This document shows positions 10,698 to 22,916 of a DNA stretch of 64,000 nucleotides, one piece after another (position 1 is the stretch's first letter; every line of letters starts with the position of its first letter). The notes beneath the pieces were generated by a model. The model did no database searches, was not told the origin of the DNA, and worked only from the letters and a program-made list of their open reading frames with translations. This DNA comes from Neoechinorhynchus agilis (taxonomy: Eukaryota > Animalia > Acanthocephala): NCBI GenBank assembly GCA_051530055.1, contig CM121342.1, positions 12,105,480 through 12,169,479 of the forward strand, written 5' to 3'. The translations under genes and the position numbers were made by a program.

Positions 10698-12213
10698 CGA
10701 TCCACAAGCAAGACCGAGGACTGCTGTTGCGTGCGTAATATAGAATTAAAATTGCGCGAATACTTTTCACGCTTTTTTTTACAGTTCATCGACGTTGTTG
10801 GTATTCGAATACGTTAATATTGAACAAAATGGATGTTAACAATCATCAAAGTGTGCACTGGTCGAATCTTTAATCATTTAAAGAATTCGAAGTTGTTCTC
10901 ATAGTTGTATGCGTGACCGTTTAAATTAGCTTCTTCGTATTTCATCTGCCATACAGCGACTCGTATTTTGAACCGATATTTTAAGTTTTCGTTTTAATTC
11001 ATTGTAGTGTAGCCACAAGGGATATTCTGCGTGTCAATTTCAACATCGGACCAAATCATAAACTGTTTTCCCCTGTATCTGAGGTTACTTCGATGCTTAA
11101 TGATGAAGTTGAGATCGCCAAAACAACGTGTTATGTTTACACAACAGGCAACATTGAAGAGAAAATTCTGATGACAATATTGGAGAATAGCAACGTTTTC
11201 TATGAAATTTTCTGAACGGGAAAGTGCTGTGAAAATGATTGCTAAAGAAGTATTAAATCTCGATTTTCATTTAACCCGAGCGTAACTTTCGTTGCCAGGT
11301 AGCTACCTGTTCGGTTCTTACAAACCGTTCTGAAATCAGTGATATGATTAACTATGAACCTCTTGCCACGTCATCGACAAGGATTTGTCTATAAAGTCGC
11401 TCGTTACATCGAAGGAGATTGTACGCTAAAACCATTCGAGTGAGTCGAATCACGTTCGTCGGTAGCATTCCGATCGAGAATGCATGCCCGGATTGTATAC
11501 AGAAGGACGCCTGCACTTAGACGAATCCTGACGAGAACTGGATATCATGAAACGCCAAAAATATGTCCAGCATCGTGCCAGGGAAGCCCGTGGACACAAA
11601 TAAACGAGATGACCTGCGAATGATGTTTGGCCGATGACAATCGCAGGGTCATCCATAGACGGGCAAAACTTAACGACCTTTGCGTCTATGTTTAACGTAA
11701 CACTTTCCCAACGCACTTAACCCGGACGCAAAATCATGGTAACACCATGGGCAAAATACCACTCACAGTGCCGAAATTACTCTCGACGCGAGTTAGGTTT
11801 GTGACCGAGGACCCGGGCTGTTGTAACAGGAAAGTGTTTCCGTAGACAACGTAAGGGAGAGTTCGGGACTGATATCCAGAACTCTCCCTCGCCCGAAACT
11901 GCTCAACTGATGGGACGAACTTCAGTTTCGATGTAGCTACCTTAACAAATTTCACATCCCCGCGTACCTTTGTAGATTTCTAAAAAAATCATAAGACGGC
12001 AAAAGCTCGAAAATAAAGATATTATTTATCATTTCAACAGCTCCTCCAATTGCCCATTTTCTAAAACAAAACTTGGTTAAACTAAATTGCCATAAAGAAA
12101 ATAATTTTTTAACATAGTGCTTTAATCACAAATTAATCCTGACGTCACTTTGTCCTTATTGGCCTCATTATTTTATGTTAGATTCCGATTCTTTATAATT
12201 TATTTTAAAATGA

Positions 12214-12918
12214 TTAAATCGTCCCCCGGACGCTGACCGCATTTCCTCGTTGGATTGCGAGGCTTATTCTTTGTATCAGGAAAATCCTCTCGCGTCGCTC
12301 CCCTGTTTCTGCTGCAAGTCGTCTTCCGAGTTCGGCACAAAAGCTTCGTGCCGAAGATCCCAGCGCCCCTTGTGTCTCCACGCCGAAAGGAAGGAAAATG
12401 TAATTTTGTTTCAGCTCATTGTATTTCTCCGCTTTCCTCCTTTCGGCGGCACTCGCTGCTCCTCCCGTCTCCGCTAAAGCATCTTGCCGGTTGGACAGGG
12501 CGAGTGAGTCCACGCATGTTGCGTCCCAAATTAGACTCTTCCCTTCTTTCCAAGGGAAAACGGTTATACCGTCGGGACGCTTACCATCCGAGCGACAAAG
12601 GTGATTAGGCTCCAGGATGGTTGGAACGTGGATCGAGTTCAGAGCTCTGCTAATGATCGCGTTGAGCTCTGCGTGCCTTGGGAAACGACCGCTCGATCTC
12701 TTGCAGTAGAGTCCATGTCTCCCGAGCACGTCAACTTTTATTCCACATCGGCACTGGTGTGGGGCACAGGTTGGAAGTCCTAAACGTAGAGCGACGGCTA
12801 TTCGAACTGTCTCGTCGTCCAGCAAAGTTCCCAAAGTACCAATTGGCAAAACGTTCAACCATGCGCCTGACTCATTCGAGGAACTGGCCACAAGTCTAGC
12901 TTGAGACATCTCGTCCAT
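12214..12918 (-). mobile_element. 5'-truncated CRE-like non-LTR retrotransposon (zinc knuckle plus RLE domain), frame intact
   Basis: GAWLNVLP...RLGLPTCAPHQCRCG...GRHGLYC...RH...N...KRPDG...DATC...AERRKAEKY...GVET...SLAIQRGNA is the typical C-terminus of CRE-clade elements. Confidence 0.88.
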
Positions 12919-13102
12919 CTGGCCTTTTAGTTTCAGAGCTCAAGGGCAATGAGTGAATCTCTGCTCAGATTTTATTTTTGTTTTTCAACGAAAAATCCGC
13001 TGATTGTCAAACGAATAAAAAACAGTAGTTGTTTTAATCAATGGATAAAATAGTGTACTTTGATGGCTTACTTTTTTGGGTAAAAATCTTTAATTTTCGA
13101 CA

Positions 13103-13190
13103 GACATGAAATCACTCACACCACCGCTCTGGATCACTATCCTGCCGTCCTGGTGTAACGGTCGAAAGGACGGATGCAGCGTTCCCCCGA
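13103..13190 (+). repeat. Dispersed repeat of about 80 bp, copy 2
   Basis: Near-identical to 8830-8905. Confidence 0.85.
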
Positions 13191-14545
13191 TTGCAGGGGC
13201 AGACTTATGTTTTGTAGGAGGAATGCTCCTGATCTCGGATCGCCAGTGATTCGTCTCAATCTCTTGGACAATAAATGCAAAATGCCAATTATCTATTGGA
13301 CAAAGGGAAAGCTGTAGATCACACAAAAACCTTTTGCACCACTGGTTTTTTTGTGTGGATACCACTATGAATATTCAAATAAATTTCTCATATCAAGTTA
13401 AATATTTGCAATGTTCACTACTAAATTGCTGTGTACTCACATGAGATTTTAGGAAGCATCAACTTAATTGTAAAAAGACTTTGATGGGTTTTCGAGAAAC
13501 TCGCAGTTTTGTGATAATGGAATAAGTCGCTCTTTGTGCGTTCGGCGTTGATTGCATTGGCGATGACTTAATATCACCAAAATGCCATATTTTTGAACAC
13601 ATATGAGAACGCTAGATGTCATTCTAAAGTGCTCTTAACAGTGTAATCGGTAAACGAAATCAACAACTTCCATCTATAAATATAAACATGCAGAATACAC
13701 AAATGAGCGCTAAGTTGGAACGTTGATACTCGTTCATGTAATATTTGTTCTGGCTAAGATTGTTGCATTAAATCGTAACGCCTAGATGTTTTACGGTTTG
13801 GTTGAATCGAGCATGATATGCACTTGGTCACTTATCTTTGATCTGACAGGATCACGTAAACCTCTACTGATTAAGTCAAGCACCTTAATCTTTTTAATAA
13901 AATCCATTAACATAAGGAAAGGCGTCTTGCTATAAAAAAACTCTATAAAGTTCGTTGCGACGTGTGCACAATACTTTTATTGCTTAAATTGCATAGTAAA
14001 AAAACCAAAACCATTGTATCACGGTAAAAGATTTTTTCAGTAAATTTCAATGTCCTCTAATAAAGAACCTCATTGTGGTACTCATAAAAAATTCGACTAA
14101 ATGCAACTGCAAATGTATACGAAGCAACAAACAACGGATGAGGACCCAAAGATACATGGGTCCTCCTAAACCTTTCTTTGTATTCAATGTGTTATATACA
14201 AGAGGTCTGACAAGAGAAGGATAAATTATCGAGAATAATAAATCAATATCTATTTTTCCTATCATCAAAAATACATACATAAATTTTTTTTAAAAAACAA
14301 CCTAATTCAATGGCCTTGAATTAATAAATATAAAATTGGCTGAGTTTGTACATTCCGTAGTTGTGTCGAGGTGGTCAAGTGAACTAATGCCCATGATCCC
14401 GATTAAGGGTCCAGTGGTACATACATAAATGTATAGGAGTATACACACACGATATGAGGCTGTCGCTGAGGACGACGGATTTTTAAAATGTGTCTTTGGT
14501 CACAAAAGCACATACACACTCATCTAATAAGAATTCACTCGAACC

Positions 14546-15178
14546 TCAATTATTAATCTTGTACAAGCCTTTTTTGGTATTTGGATTTCGATCTCCGTGC
14601 AACTCATAAATGAGCGGCCCGTCTAACTTTGCTAATCGCTTCCAATTCCGTCCAATTGTTTCTTGAAAGTATCCTTCCATGGGTTTACGCGTCCATAATG
14701 TAACTTTGTCTCGCCGTTGATCTTGGCCAGGATTCGTACGGATTTGAATCCTTATTCCGCATATGAGATCCCGATGAGGTCCGAATTGTTCACCAATGAG
14801 ACCAATCAAGGTTTCTAACCATACGCTATCAAGTTCCTCTGAAGTTTTACTGACATAAGACCAGCAACCTCCACCTTGATTTGCAGGATCTTCCCAGACA
14901 GGCCTTATACCTTCTTGGAAAAAATAATAGTCTGATCCGTTGGTTATGTTATGGGGCAATTTAACGTAGTTCATCGCTTGCCAAAAATTTACGATTGTTG
15001 TACATCGGACAAGTTCTGTTAAAGCCTCATCCCAAGAGGCAACGACGTCTTGCTTATCAAGAACCCAGAGACTCCAACCTCTGAACAGCGGGTAGTCCAT
15101 TGTCAGGCTAGGACGATCACTTTCTAGCTCCAAAGTGCCGTCCTCGACTTCACTTTGTGTTGGCGGATCACTTGACAT
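14546..15178 (-). CDS. EIF4E: Cap-binding translation initiation factor eIF4E (class I-like), intronless, 210 aa
   Basis: W-S-L-W, SWDEAL, NFWQ, SDYYFFQEGIRPVWED...GGGCW, WLETLIGLIGEQF, CGI, KVTLW: the conserved tryptophans are present. Confidence 0.92.
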   Translation of the reverse strand: MSSDPPTQSEVEDGTLELESDRPSLTMDYPLFRGWSLWVLDKQDVVASWDEALTELVRCTTIVNFWQAMNYVKLPHNITNGSDYYFFQEGIRPVWEDPANQGGGCWSYVSKTSEELDSVWLETLIGLIGEQFGPHRDLICGIRIQIRTNPGQDQRRDKVTLWTRKPMEGYFQETIGRNWKRLAKLDGPLIYELHGDRNPNTKKGLYKINN

Positions 15179-16989
15179 CTAAATCAGATACAAAAAATTC
15201 TAATAAAATCTACCATCTAAGCTCGTGCGACCCAATTCCCATGGTAACAACCTTATATACTAATTACGAACGCCATTGGCTGACCAAATTAGAAAAATGA
15301 CCAATCAGCTGATTTGACTGGCGTGTGTGATGATGCAAAACACTACACCCCCAATAAAAAGCGATGCTTGCATGATGTAGATATTCTTGTAATAGTTGCG
15401 CAAAAGCACGAAAGAATAAATTTCTTATCAATCACTTCATGTTTTCAAACATTAGCTATTGTTTGTAAGCTTTTGCCTTTTTCTTATACATGCGAGATTA
15501 TCGAGAGATAAAGGCTTCGCCCTTATTAATTCGGCTGCTTCTCAAAAATCTCGTAGGTACAGAATTAAGTCAAAAGCACAGTTTGTTGCGTACAAACTTC
15601 CCTCAGTGTATAAAAAGAACTTTTGCTCTTGTTTTTCGCACTGTAGCGATATTACATGAGGAACTTGAATCTGACATGTTGGTGAGCTTTTGTCAAAATG
15701 AGTAACCACGATTATTTTGTCCAATTACACGGCCTAAAATGCACTAACAAGTGCTATTTCGTCCCTTAACGTTTTGTGGATTAGCGAAAAATCATTTCAT
15801 GTTTTAAGCACGGAATCTTGATTCGAAGAGGGATTAACCGACTTAAAATCAATTTCATTTTGTTCAGTGATCTAGTGGTACCAATAAACGAGAATGCATT
15901 TTAAATGAGCCATTGTATACGTCTGCTTTTAAATTTTAGTCAGTAAACTACAATCCTTACTATGTGCCTAGCCTACGTAGGTTTTGGCAAATGGAGCTCG
16001 TACTCTGCTCGAAATTTACCTCATCTTCTTCTTTGATTGTATTCAGGGGGAAGTAAAGCTTTCCATTTGTTCGCCTCATTGTCCAGTTATTCATTAGTCA
16101 AATCCTACAATTTTAATCCCTTCTGAGCGAGGTGCAATATTTATTTTAAAACTTGAAGCGACGTAGAATTTGTGTCAAACATAAAATCGATTTCGTGTGA
16201 TATTTTTGAAATTTCGTAAAATTCTAAGTACTGAGATTGACAAAAAATTAACGCATAAATTTTTAATAATTGGCAGAAAACATTCTGTACGCAAAATCGG
16301 AGCAGAGCTATTGGCGCCGTATGCAGAGATTAGTATATTAGGGAAAAGTACGGAAAAACCATAGAGCAAAACGATTCGAGGAGGCACCTCTGTGGTCTGC
16401 TGATTCGATATCATAAGCGTTCTTATTGCGCATTGAGTTGTTTCAGATAACAAGTAGTTTTATAATATTTAGCAAAAATTGTTTTCGAAGCAGGAACTCC
16501 TATTTTTGTTTTTGCAGATGTTTCGTTTACGCAGTGTACAAAAACATTATTTATCGGTCTTTTATCCGGGTATCTAAGTCTTGCCAAGCCGTAGAAAAAG
16601 CTGTGGGCTCATTCAGGTGTACTTGGCCCTTCCAATTTACTAAAAAATAGCCATATTTCTCCATTTCTTCGATCCAAGTCAACCCAACGGCACAAATGCA
16701 AGTTATAACCGACGTATTCATAGCTCCTTAAGACTCTTTCATTCAGGCAAAAACGGTGCTTAATGCGAAAACCAGGAAAACATAGCTATAGTCTATAATT
16801 TCATGATCGTTGAAAAAGTAGAGCAATGCCGCAATTATTAACCACATCACACCTTTACAATCAGAAATGTGATTTGTACAAGTGAAACTTCGTATAGTTC
16901 AATAATGATGTCTGTACTGCCCATCACCGCCTTTCTCTTCTTAACAAATCGAAATCTTGCGCTGAAAGGTTCCTCGAAATTCCTTAAAG

Positions 16990-17587
16990 ATGAAAAGATA
17001 CTACGACGCTTACGCGAGGCATAAAATGCTTATAAATGAGTATTTATTGAACACTTCTTTTCTTGTGATCACAAAATCAGTTCAGACAAGAGAAGTAGTG
17101 TTTTGTAGAAGACAGTAAATTTCCTAAGCGTAAACCAAAAGATCTTGGCTATCAGGATGTAATGACGGAAATGGACATTGTTAAGAAGGAGCATAGATTC
17201 GTGTGGCGGGACTCCGACCGTCCTTCCGAGACTTGGAATAAAAGACTCGCCAAGAACTATTATGATGCATTGTTCAAGGAGTACGCCATTTGTGATTTAA
17301 GCCACAGTCAAGATCCTTCACCGCAATTGGGGATGAGATGGAGAGTTGAAAAGGAAGTCATCGAAGGAAAAGGTCAATTTATTTGTGGAGAACGGAGATG
17401 CAACGAAAGAGAAGGTCTTAGTAGCTGGGAAGTAAATTTTGAGTATATTGAACATGGAGTACGTAAGCAAGCTCTTGTAAAATTGAGGCTCTGTGAAAGG
17501 TGTACGGAGAATCTTAAGATGTGTAGATCAGATTTAAAGAAAGCAAGTAGAGCATCTTGTGATATGTTTGCGAATTTGATCGTATAA
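16990..17587 (+). CDS. FRA10AC1: FRA10AC1 (folate-sensitive fragile site protein; spliceosome-associated)
   Basis: YDAYARHKMLINEYLL plus TEMDIVKKEHRFVW...KNYYDALFKEYAICDLS...MRWRVEKEVIEGKGQFICG...WEVNFEYIEHG...ALVKLRLC. The frame changes across a hairpin insert at about 17049-17106. Confidence 0.88.
17049..17106 (+). other. Hairpin-closed intervening sequence in FRA10AC1 (about 58 nt)
   Basis: AACACTTCTTTTCTTGT (17050-17066) pairs with ACAAGAGAAGTAGTGTT (17086-17102): 15 Watson-Crick, 1 G.U, 1 mismatch. Removal restores the frame. Confidence 0.7.
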
Positions 17588-18149
17588 TGCCGAAAAAGAA
17601 AGCGCTTTCAGGTTTGAATGGCTTCTTTTGTAAGCAAAATTCACGGTTGTTATTTGCAGATAACCAAATCGGAGCAATCATGTATCGGACATTCTGATGC
17701 TCTTTTATCCATCAAATCCCAAAATTTTTCCACATGCGCATTTGAACAAAATTATACGAACCACGTTCGTGGCCTAGCTAGAGGTCGATGATCCTCAACG
17801 TTTTTCAAATTTCTCCTATGCTCGCTTTTTTATACTTTACGGGAAAAATAGAAATTTCCAACTAGAAAATTAGCTCATTTAATGCCGCTAATGGACTCAG
17901 TGTATAGTAGTAGAATTATGTATGGGTAATCAAATTACATGTGATGTGCTCCGTTCAAATAAAACAATTTGAAGAAATATCCTGTAGGCTTTAAAGTGGG
18001 CGTGTTACTTTTTCAAAAAGCTTGAATGTAGATTTTATTCAATCTCGACAGTACAGTCGGAAGGATTATGCTTACTTTTTTTTAAAAGAAAACATTTTTA
18101 ATCAAAACCTAATGAAGAACAAAACGTGCAATCACCACCGTCCGCAAAA

Positions 18150-18960
18150 TTGGAGCTTCTCTCCTTCCTCGGCTGTCGCTATCACGCTAGCAGCATTGCC
18201 TCGTTGTACTGCGAGCGAGACATTCCATACGTCTCTACTCCGAAGGGGACAAAATAGTGGGCACTTACTAAATCCCTATATTTTCGTACCTTTCTCCCTT
18301 CCGCTGCACTGGCTGCACCTCCAGCGATTTCGAGAGATTGGGGAATATTGCTTACTGCGAGGGTGTCCACACACGTGGCGTCCCAGAGAAGGCATTTGCC
18401 CTCCCGCCACGGAAAGACCGAAATTCCGTCAGGTCGACGACCGTCTAGTCGACAAAGATGGGCGGGTTCCAAAATGTTGGTAAGTTCGCCGTTCGCAACG
18501 CCCGAGAAATTACGCTGTTGATCTCAGAATGGCGTGAGAACCTTCTTAATGACTTTCGGCAAACGAGACCCTGTCGCCCGAAGGCATCAACCAAAGACCC
18601 ACGTGGACGACGATGGGGCGTGCATATCGGGAGACCAAGTCTTAAGGACAGGGCGATCATCGTTACCTCATCCGTGAGAAGAGTTCCCACAGATGCCAGA
18701 GGAACAGTCTCCAAACACGCACCCGATTCTCGTGTCGAAACTGCCAACAATCTTGCTCGGACGACCCCATCGCGAGGTCTGTCCCAGATCGACTGTCTGA
18801 GGCCATTCACGGGAACATGGTTAGTGCCTGTCTGCTGGCACTATTCTTCAACTTGCACCACAAAGTCTTGGTCGAGACAAAACTTTCCTCTCAGAATTAT
18901 CTTTGCAATCGGCTGACTCTCCTCATACGATCCAAGAAAGGCTGGCAAGGCATGCTTACT
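18150..18960 (-). mobile_element. Frameshifted CRE-like retrotransposon fragment
   Basis: RARLLAVSTRESGACLETVP...LRLGLPICTPH...RHSEIN, then EPAHLCRLDGRRPDG...DATCVDTLA...AEGRKVRKY...PFGVETYG. Diverged from the 12214 copy. Confidence 0.85.
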
Positions 18961-19304
18961 TAGTTTCAGATAGATTATAAGGATTCTCATTTTGAATTGA
19001 TTTAAGAGTGCGCATCAATATCAGGACTTGCGAAACTAGGTGGTGATTCTCGTCTAATATGAAAATTAATTTTTTTGTACTACTGGCAAAGTATTCGTTA
19101 AACTAAGGTGAGTCCAAATGTAAATCTATTGAGGTTCAAATTCTAGTCTTGTTTGCGACATTTTTAAATACTCCAAGGGCCATATTTGCATTCAGTATTC
19201 GAACTTCGTGTAAAATTGTTGTTAATTTTATTTTACGGATTCCGTTCGAGACTTAATTTAAGCTCGTAATTTGATGAACAGGACAAAGAACACCTCAGAC
19301 TTGA

Positions 19305-20561
19305 TCAATTTCTCTTTAGATTGTAACCTTGGTTGCGCCCTCCGTTATTTTGTTTCCCTATTAAATTGGGTGAAGACGAATATTCAAACAAAGACAGCCA
19401 ACCTCTTCTATTCTCGAACAATTCCTCTCGTCTTCGTTTTTGTTCGGCTAGTTGAATGAGCTTCGCGACCACCTTAGAATGACTTTGATAGATATAAACT
19501 TTTTGGATATCCCTTGCATTCCTTTTTGGAAGTACTTGGAGGTGATTGGTATTCACAGTCGGTGGATTCCATCTGTAAAACATTTCAAACTCCTTATTTT
19601 CAGCACCATCTCTATCTCGTAACTCTCTTCTCAATCCTTCACCGTTGTTACCAATATTAAATTGAAGTGAAGTTTTCTTCTCAATGCTAACATTTGGAGT
19701 AAACTCAAGTTGTTTGCCGACTTCTTCTTTAACTAGAATTTCCTCTACAGTCGGATCGGAAGTCTCGGAAATATCATGAGAAATGTTAGATGAATAAAAC
19801 TCAAGAAGCTCTTCGGAGGATTCATCATCTAGTATTTCGTCATCGGCTGTTTCCGAAACGCCTGATTCCACGGAATCCGCATCAGAATGCTTCACGACCG
19901 GCTGCTGTGGAGTAAGCGAAGACTGATGGTTTATAAAGTCCATCGATGCATCGTACACCTCGAAGGTAACATCGTCGTCGTCGTTGTAAAAGGATCCGAA
20001 TGATATCCCTTCACCATCTCTTGATCTCTTTTTTAAGTGTTCAGTCGGGGGCACCAGATTTATGGGAACTTGCTTCTTCATTGCCGTGGATGATGGCTTG
20101 GGTTTTCGTCCACGCGGGAAATCATCTAGCCAATCTCCATCATAATCAACTGGATTTACGACATTCGAATCGATCTCAATATCTTCTGTTGACTCAATCT
20201 GATTAACCAGAGAATCATGTACAGAATCCTTCAAGCGTTTGTTTCGCCGTTTCTTCCTTTTACGTTTGCCCTCTACACTCATTTCCACAGTTTCTGGAGG
20301 CTCATCATCAACAACCGGAACATTCTTTTTCTCTGCTTTCTCCTCCACTCTCTTGCTAGTCACCTTCTTCGCCTTTTTCGTAGATTTTTTCTGACCACTC
20401 TTTCTAGTCGGAGCAATGACGGATATCCTCTTTTTTCGTGTTTGCTTTGGTTGTTTTCTACGAACTAAATATAAACCAGCAATTGTGAACAATACAATCA
20501 GACACAGCATTGATACTACGACTGCAGTCGTCGTCCATTCCATACTGTAGATTGTTACCAT
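19305..20561 (-). CDS. Hypothetical 418 aa single-pass membrane protein (N-terminal TM, Lys-rich then acidic, likely disordered)
   Basis: Long uninterrupted ORF; hydrophobic AVVVSMLCLIVLFTIAGLYLV followed by RRKQPK; ATG preceded by TTTAG. Confidence 0.7.
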   Translation of the reverse strand: MVTIYSMEWTTTAVVVSMLCLIVLFTIAGLYLVRRKQPKQTRKKRISVIAPTRKSGQKKSTKKAKKVTSKRVEEKAEKKNVPVVDDEPPETVEMSVEGKRKRKKRRNKRLKDSVHDSLVNQIESTEDIEIDSNVVNPVDYDGDWLDDFPRGRKPKPSSTAMKKQVPINLVPPTEHLKKRSRDGEGISFGSFYNDDDDVTFEVYDASMDFINHQSSLTPQQPVVKHSDADSVESGVSETADDEILDDESSEELLEFYSSNISHDISETSDPTVEEILVKEEVGKQLEFTPNVSIEKKTSLQFNIGNNGEGLRRELRDRDGAENKEFEMFYRWNPPTVNTNHLQVLPKRNARDIQKVYIYQSHSKVVAKLIQLAEQKRRREELFENRRGWLSLFEYSSSPNLIGKQNNGGRNQGYNLKRN

Positions 20562-20649
20562 CTAAACAGTTGAACGTTAGGTTCGAACAAATCGAAAGCA
20601 AATAGCTTGATAGACATAATTCGGAATGTATTGAACTATTTTCTTTTAC

Positions 20650-20740
20650 AGGCGAGAGTATACTTTCTTTTTCTTAGTTATACCATCACTCGGAACGTAA
20701 ATCCCTAGGGGTGGCAAAACTATGCAAAAGAAAATAATTC
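20650..20740. repeat. Internally deleted relative of the 7099-7477 fold-back element
   Basis: AGTATACTTTCTTTTTCTTAGTTATACCA...GGTGGCAAAACTATGCAAAAGAAAATA matches both arms. Confidence 0.7.
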
Positions 20741-21324
20741 GAAATGCTGATCGCCCATCGGCGATCAATCATTTCGTATGTGGACAATAACGGATGAAAA
20801 ATGTTTTGAGGATTGAGATATGTATTTTTCATAATCGAAGAATTAAAAGTTCGAAATTTTCAAAATAACAGAAAGTTGCGGAAAGCGAAAACAAAGCAAA
20901 TGAAGAGCACCATCAATCTGAGAGGCTATCCAATCGAAAGTATGGGAACACCGTGAACTAGAACGCGATCGATTCACATTAAAATATTTATAGTTTCTTC
21001 CAGAAAAAATCTATGGCTTCTTCTGTGTCAGTGGTTAAATGTGTTATTATTTTTGGTCACCAGTTCAGCCATTATCAATTCTCTTATTTGGGTTTTTTGT
21101 TCGAACCCGAATGTGATCTAGTAAAATGCTCTAACGGTAGAATTGATAATGGCTGGTGCAATCAATCAAAATGCTTATATTCGTCTCTTATTGGTCAAAT
21201 ATTTCGATGAGGGCTATCGTGTTCGGCATTGGAAAATTTTTCAATTAGTACTTGACGAAATCCGATTGAAAGCAATGTATTTTCTCTTAGTGTCTCTTTT
21301 CCGAAATTAATGCATAAAACTGCT

Positions 21325-21690
21325 TTTAGAGATCGCATTGCATTTTGTCATGTCGACGGGAAAAGCGGTTTGCTCAATTGCATGTTGATCAGTTGCTGGA
21401 TTGTCAAGTGATTTCTCTAGTCCTTCTTCAGGGTCCTGAAAAACATTCGCAATCTTGGAAGAACGTTTTTTTGAAGTCAAAGCTTAAGAAAAATACTGTG
21501 TTGTTGCAACGATTTTGGCCTCTTTAAAATCGCATTGTATTTCGCTATGTCAACGGGAAAACGGTTTGTTCAATAGCATGTTGATCGGTTGGTTGATTCT
21601 CGACCGATTTTTCAACCAAATGCATAACTTTCCGATTGTCGTTACTTTAGCAATTTATGCGGTTGATTCAAATATATTTTCAAACTAATA
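21325..21690 (+). repeat. Diverged partial copy of the 285 bp satellite unit
   Basis: Shares CATGTTGATCAGTTG, CTTCAGGGTCCTGAAAAACATTCGCAATCTTG, GAAGTCAAAGCTTAAG and AACTTTCCGATTGTCGTTACTTTAGC with 49307-50408. Confidence 0.9.
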
Positions 21691-21846
21691 TTTGGGAGAC
21701 GCATTTTGCGCGTGTTTTTGTTGTACCCTGAATAAGGAGAAAAATTTCGAAATTTTGGTCCAAAATAAACATTTGTTTACAACTGCTTAACGTGCTCAAA
21801 GAAGGACGCCACGATTTTGACTTTTAAATAGTTCATCCTAGAACAA

Positions 21847-22430
21847 ATGTCGACCATTAACTTGATTCTCACAAAGACGAGTGTTTGGCAGACGTTCATG
21901 TTTTTCCTCAACACCTCATTACTCGCGATAGGATCGGCCAATGCCCTTGTCGATTATTTTGTTACGAGTAACAACTACATTTGCAGAGTTCCGCAAGCCA
22001 TTTCGCTCTTAGATGCTATCCCAGTTAGAGAAAATGGACAATTTGAAAAGTGTTTGATGCATGCTAAATTCACTTCTTTGTCTAATGAAACCGTCTCTTG
22101 CACAAACGGGCATTCCCACACTCTACCTGTGGACAAGTCGGTCGTTGCTACATTTGAACTTTATTGCGACCGAGAATTCCTGAATAATATTTCACAATCG
22201 GCATTCTTCGGGTGCGTTTTAATGATGCTACAATGTCTGAGATCGTGAAAGAGAAGTTCAATAGTTTGAAAAATTCACTGCAAATCATCTTTCGATTTAT
22301 GTGTATATTTTGCTGCGAACTGTGCGCTCTCACCGGTAATGTTTTGACGGTAGAACGTTTCACTGCGAAGTACACAGGCGTTCCCTGTATTTTGGAGAAC
22401 CTGATTTGGATCACAGGAATGCTTTCTTAA
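21847..22430 (+). pseudogene. Truncated SLC22/organic cation transporter-like fragment
   Basis: N-terminal TM, Cys-containing loop and VVATFELYCDREFLNNISQSAFFG (the SLC22 W/F-D/E-L-x-C motif), then only a short TM-like piece before stops. Confidence 0.55.
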
Positions 22431-22916
22431 CCTAGGATTAAGGAACTTTATATTTTTTAGTAAATTTTGTAAAACTAAAGCGATCCTTGGCATTAAACTT
22501 TTTAACGCATCAACACAAAATTTAAACAAAGAAAGCAGAACCACTATAAAATTTCGCAACAATTTTTACTAATCAGTAAAATTCCTATCCTTGTTACATG
22601 ACTTTTTTTTGGAATTCGATGAGTCTAATTATGTTTTTAAGTCTGGATAGCCGGTTACATTTATTCTATGTTTGTGCCCAAGAAAAAATTATCAACTGTA
22701 AAAAAGGCCTCACGTCAACACATAATTTAATTATGTACAAACCACACGTAAAGACTTAAGTATTTGTGGATTATAGAATGACTGCAAGGCAAGAGACAGG
22801 CTTGCCTTTTTAAAGTTAAAATACTAATACAGTACGTATAACGGTATCGCAAACGAACAGTTTAACAAAGTAAATAATCTATTTCCTGCGATTCTAATTC
22901 TAAAAGTAATATTTAA

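Noticed and set aside
14047-14280. Possible Penelope RT remnant (IDIDLLFSII, KKGLGGPM)
   Set aside because: Similarity is too weak to support by eye.
16175-16930. Hydrophobic minus-strand ORF pieces suggesting a membrane-protein gene
   Set aside because: Could not build a consistent exon chain or recognise a family.
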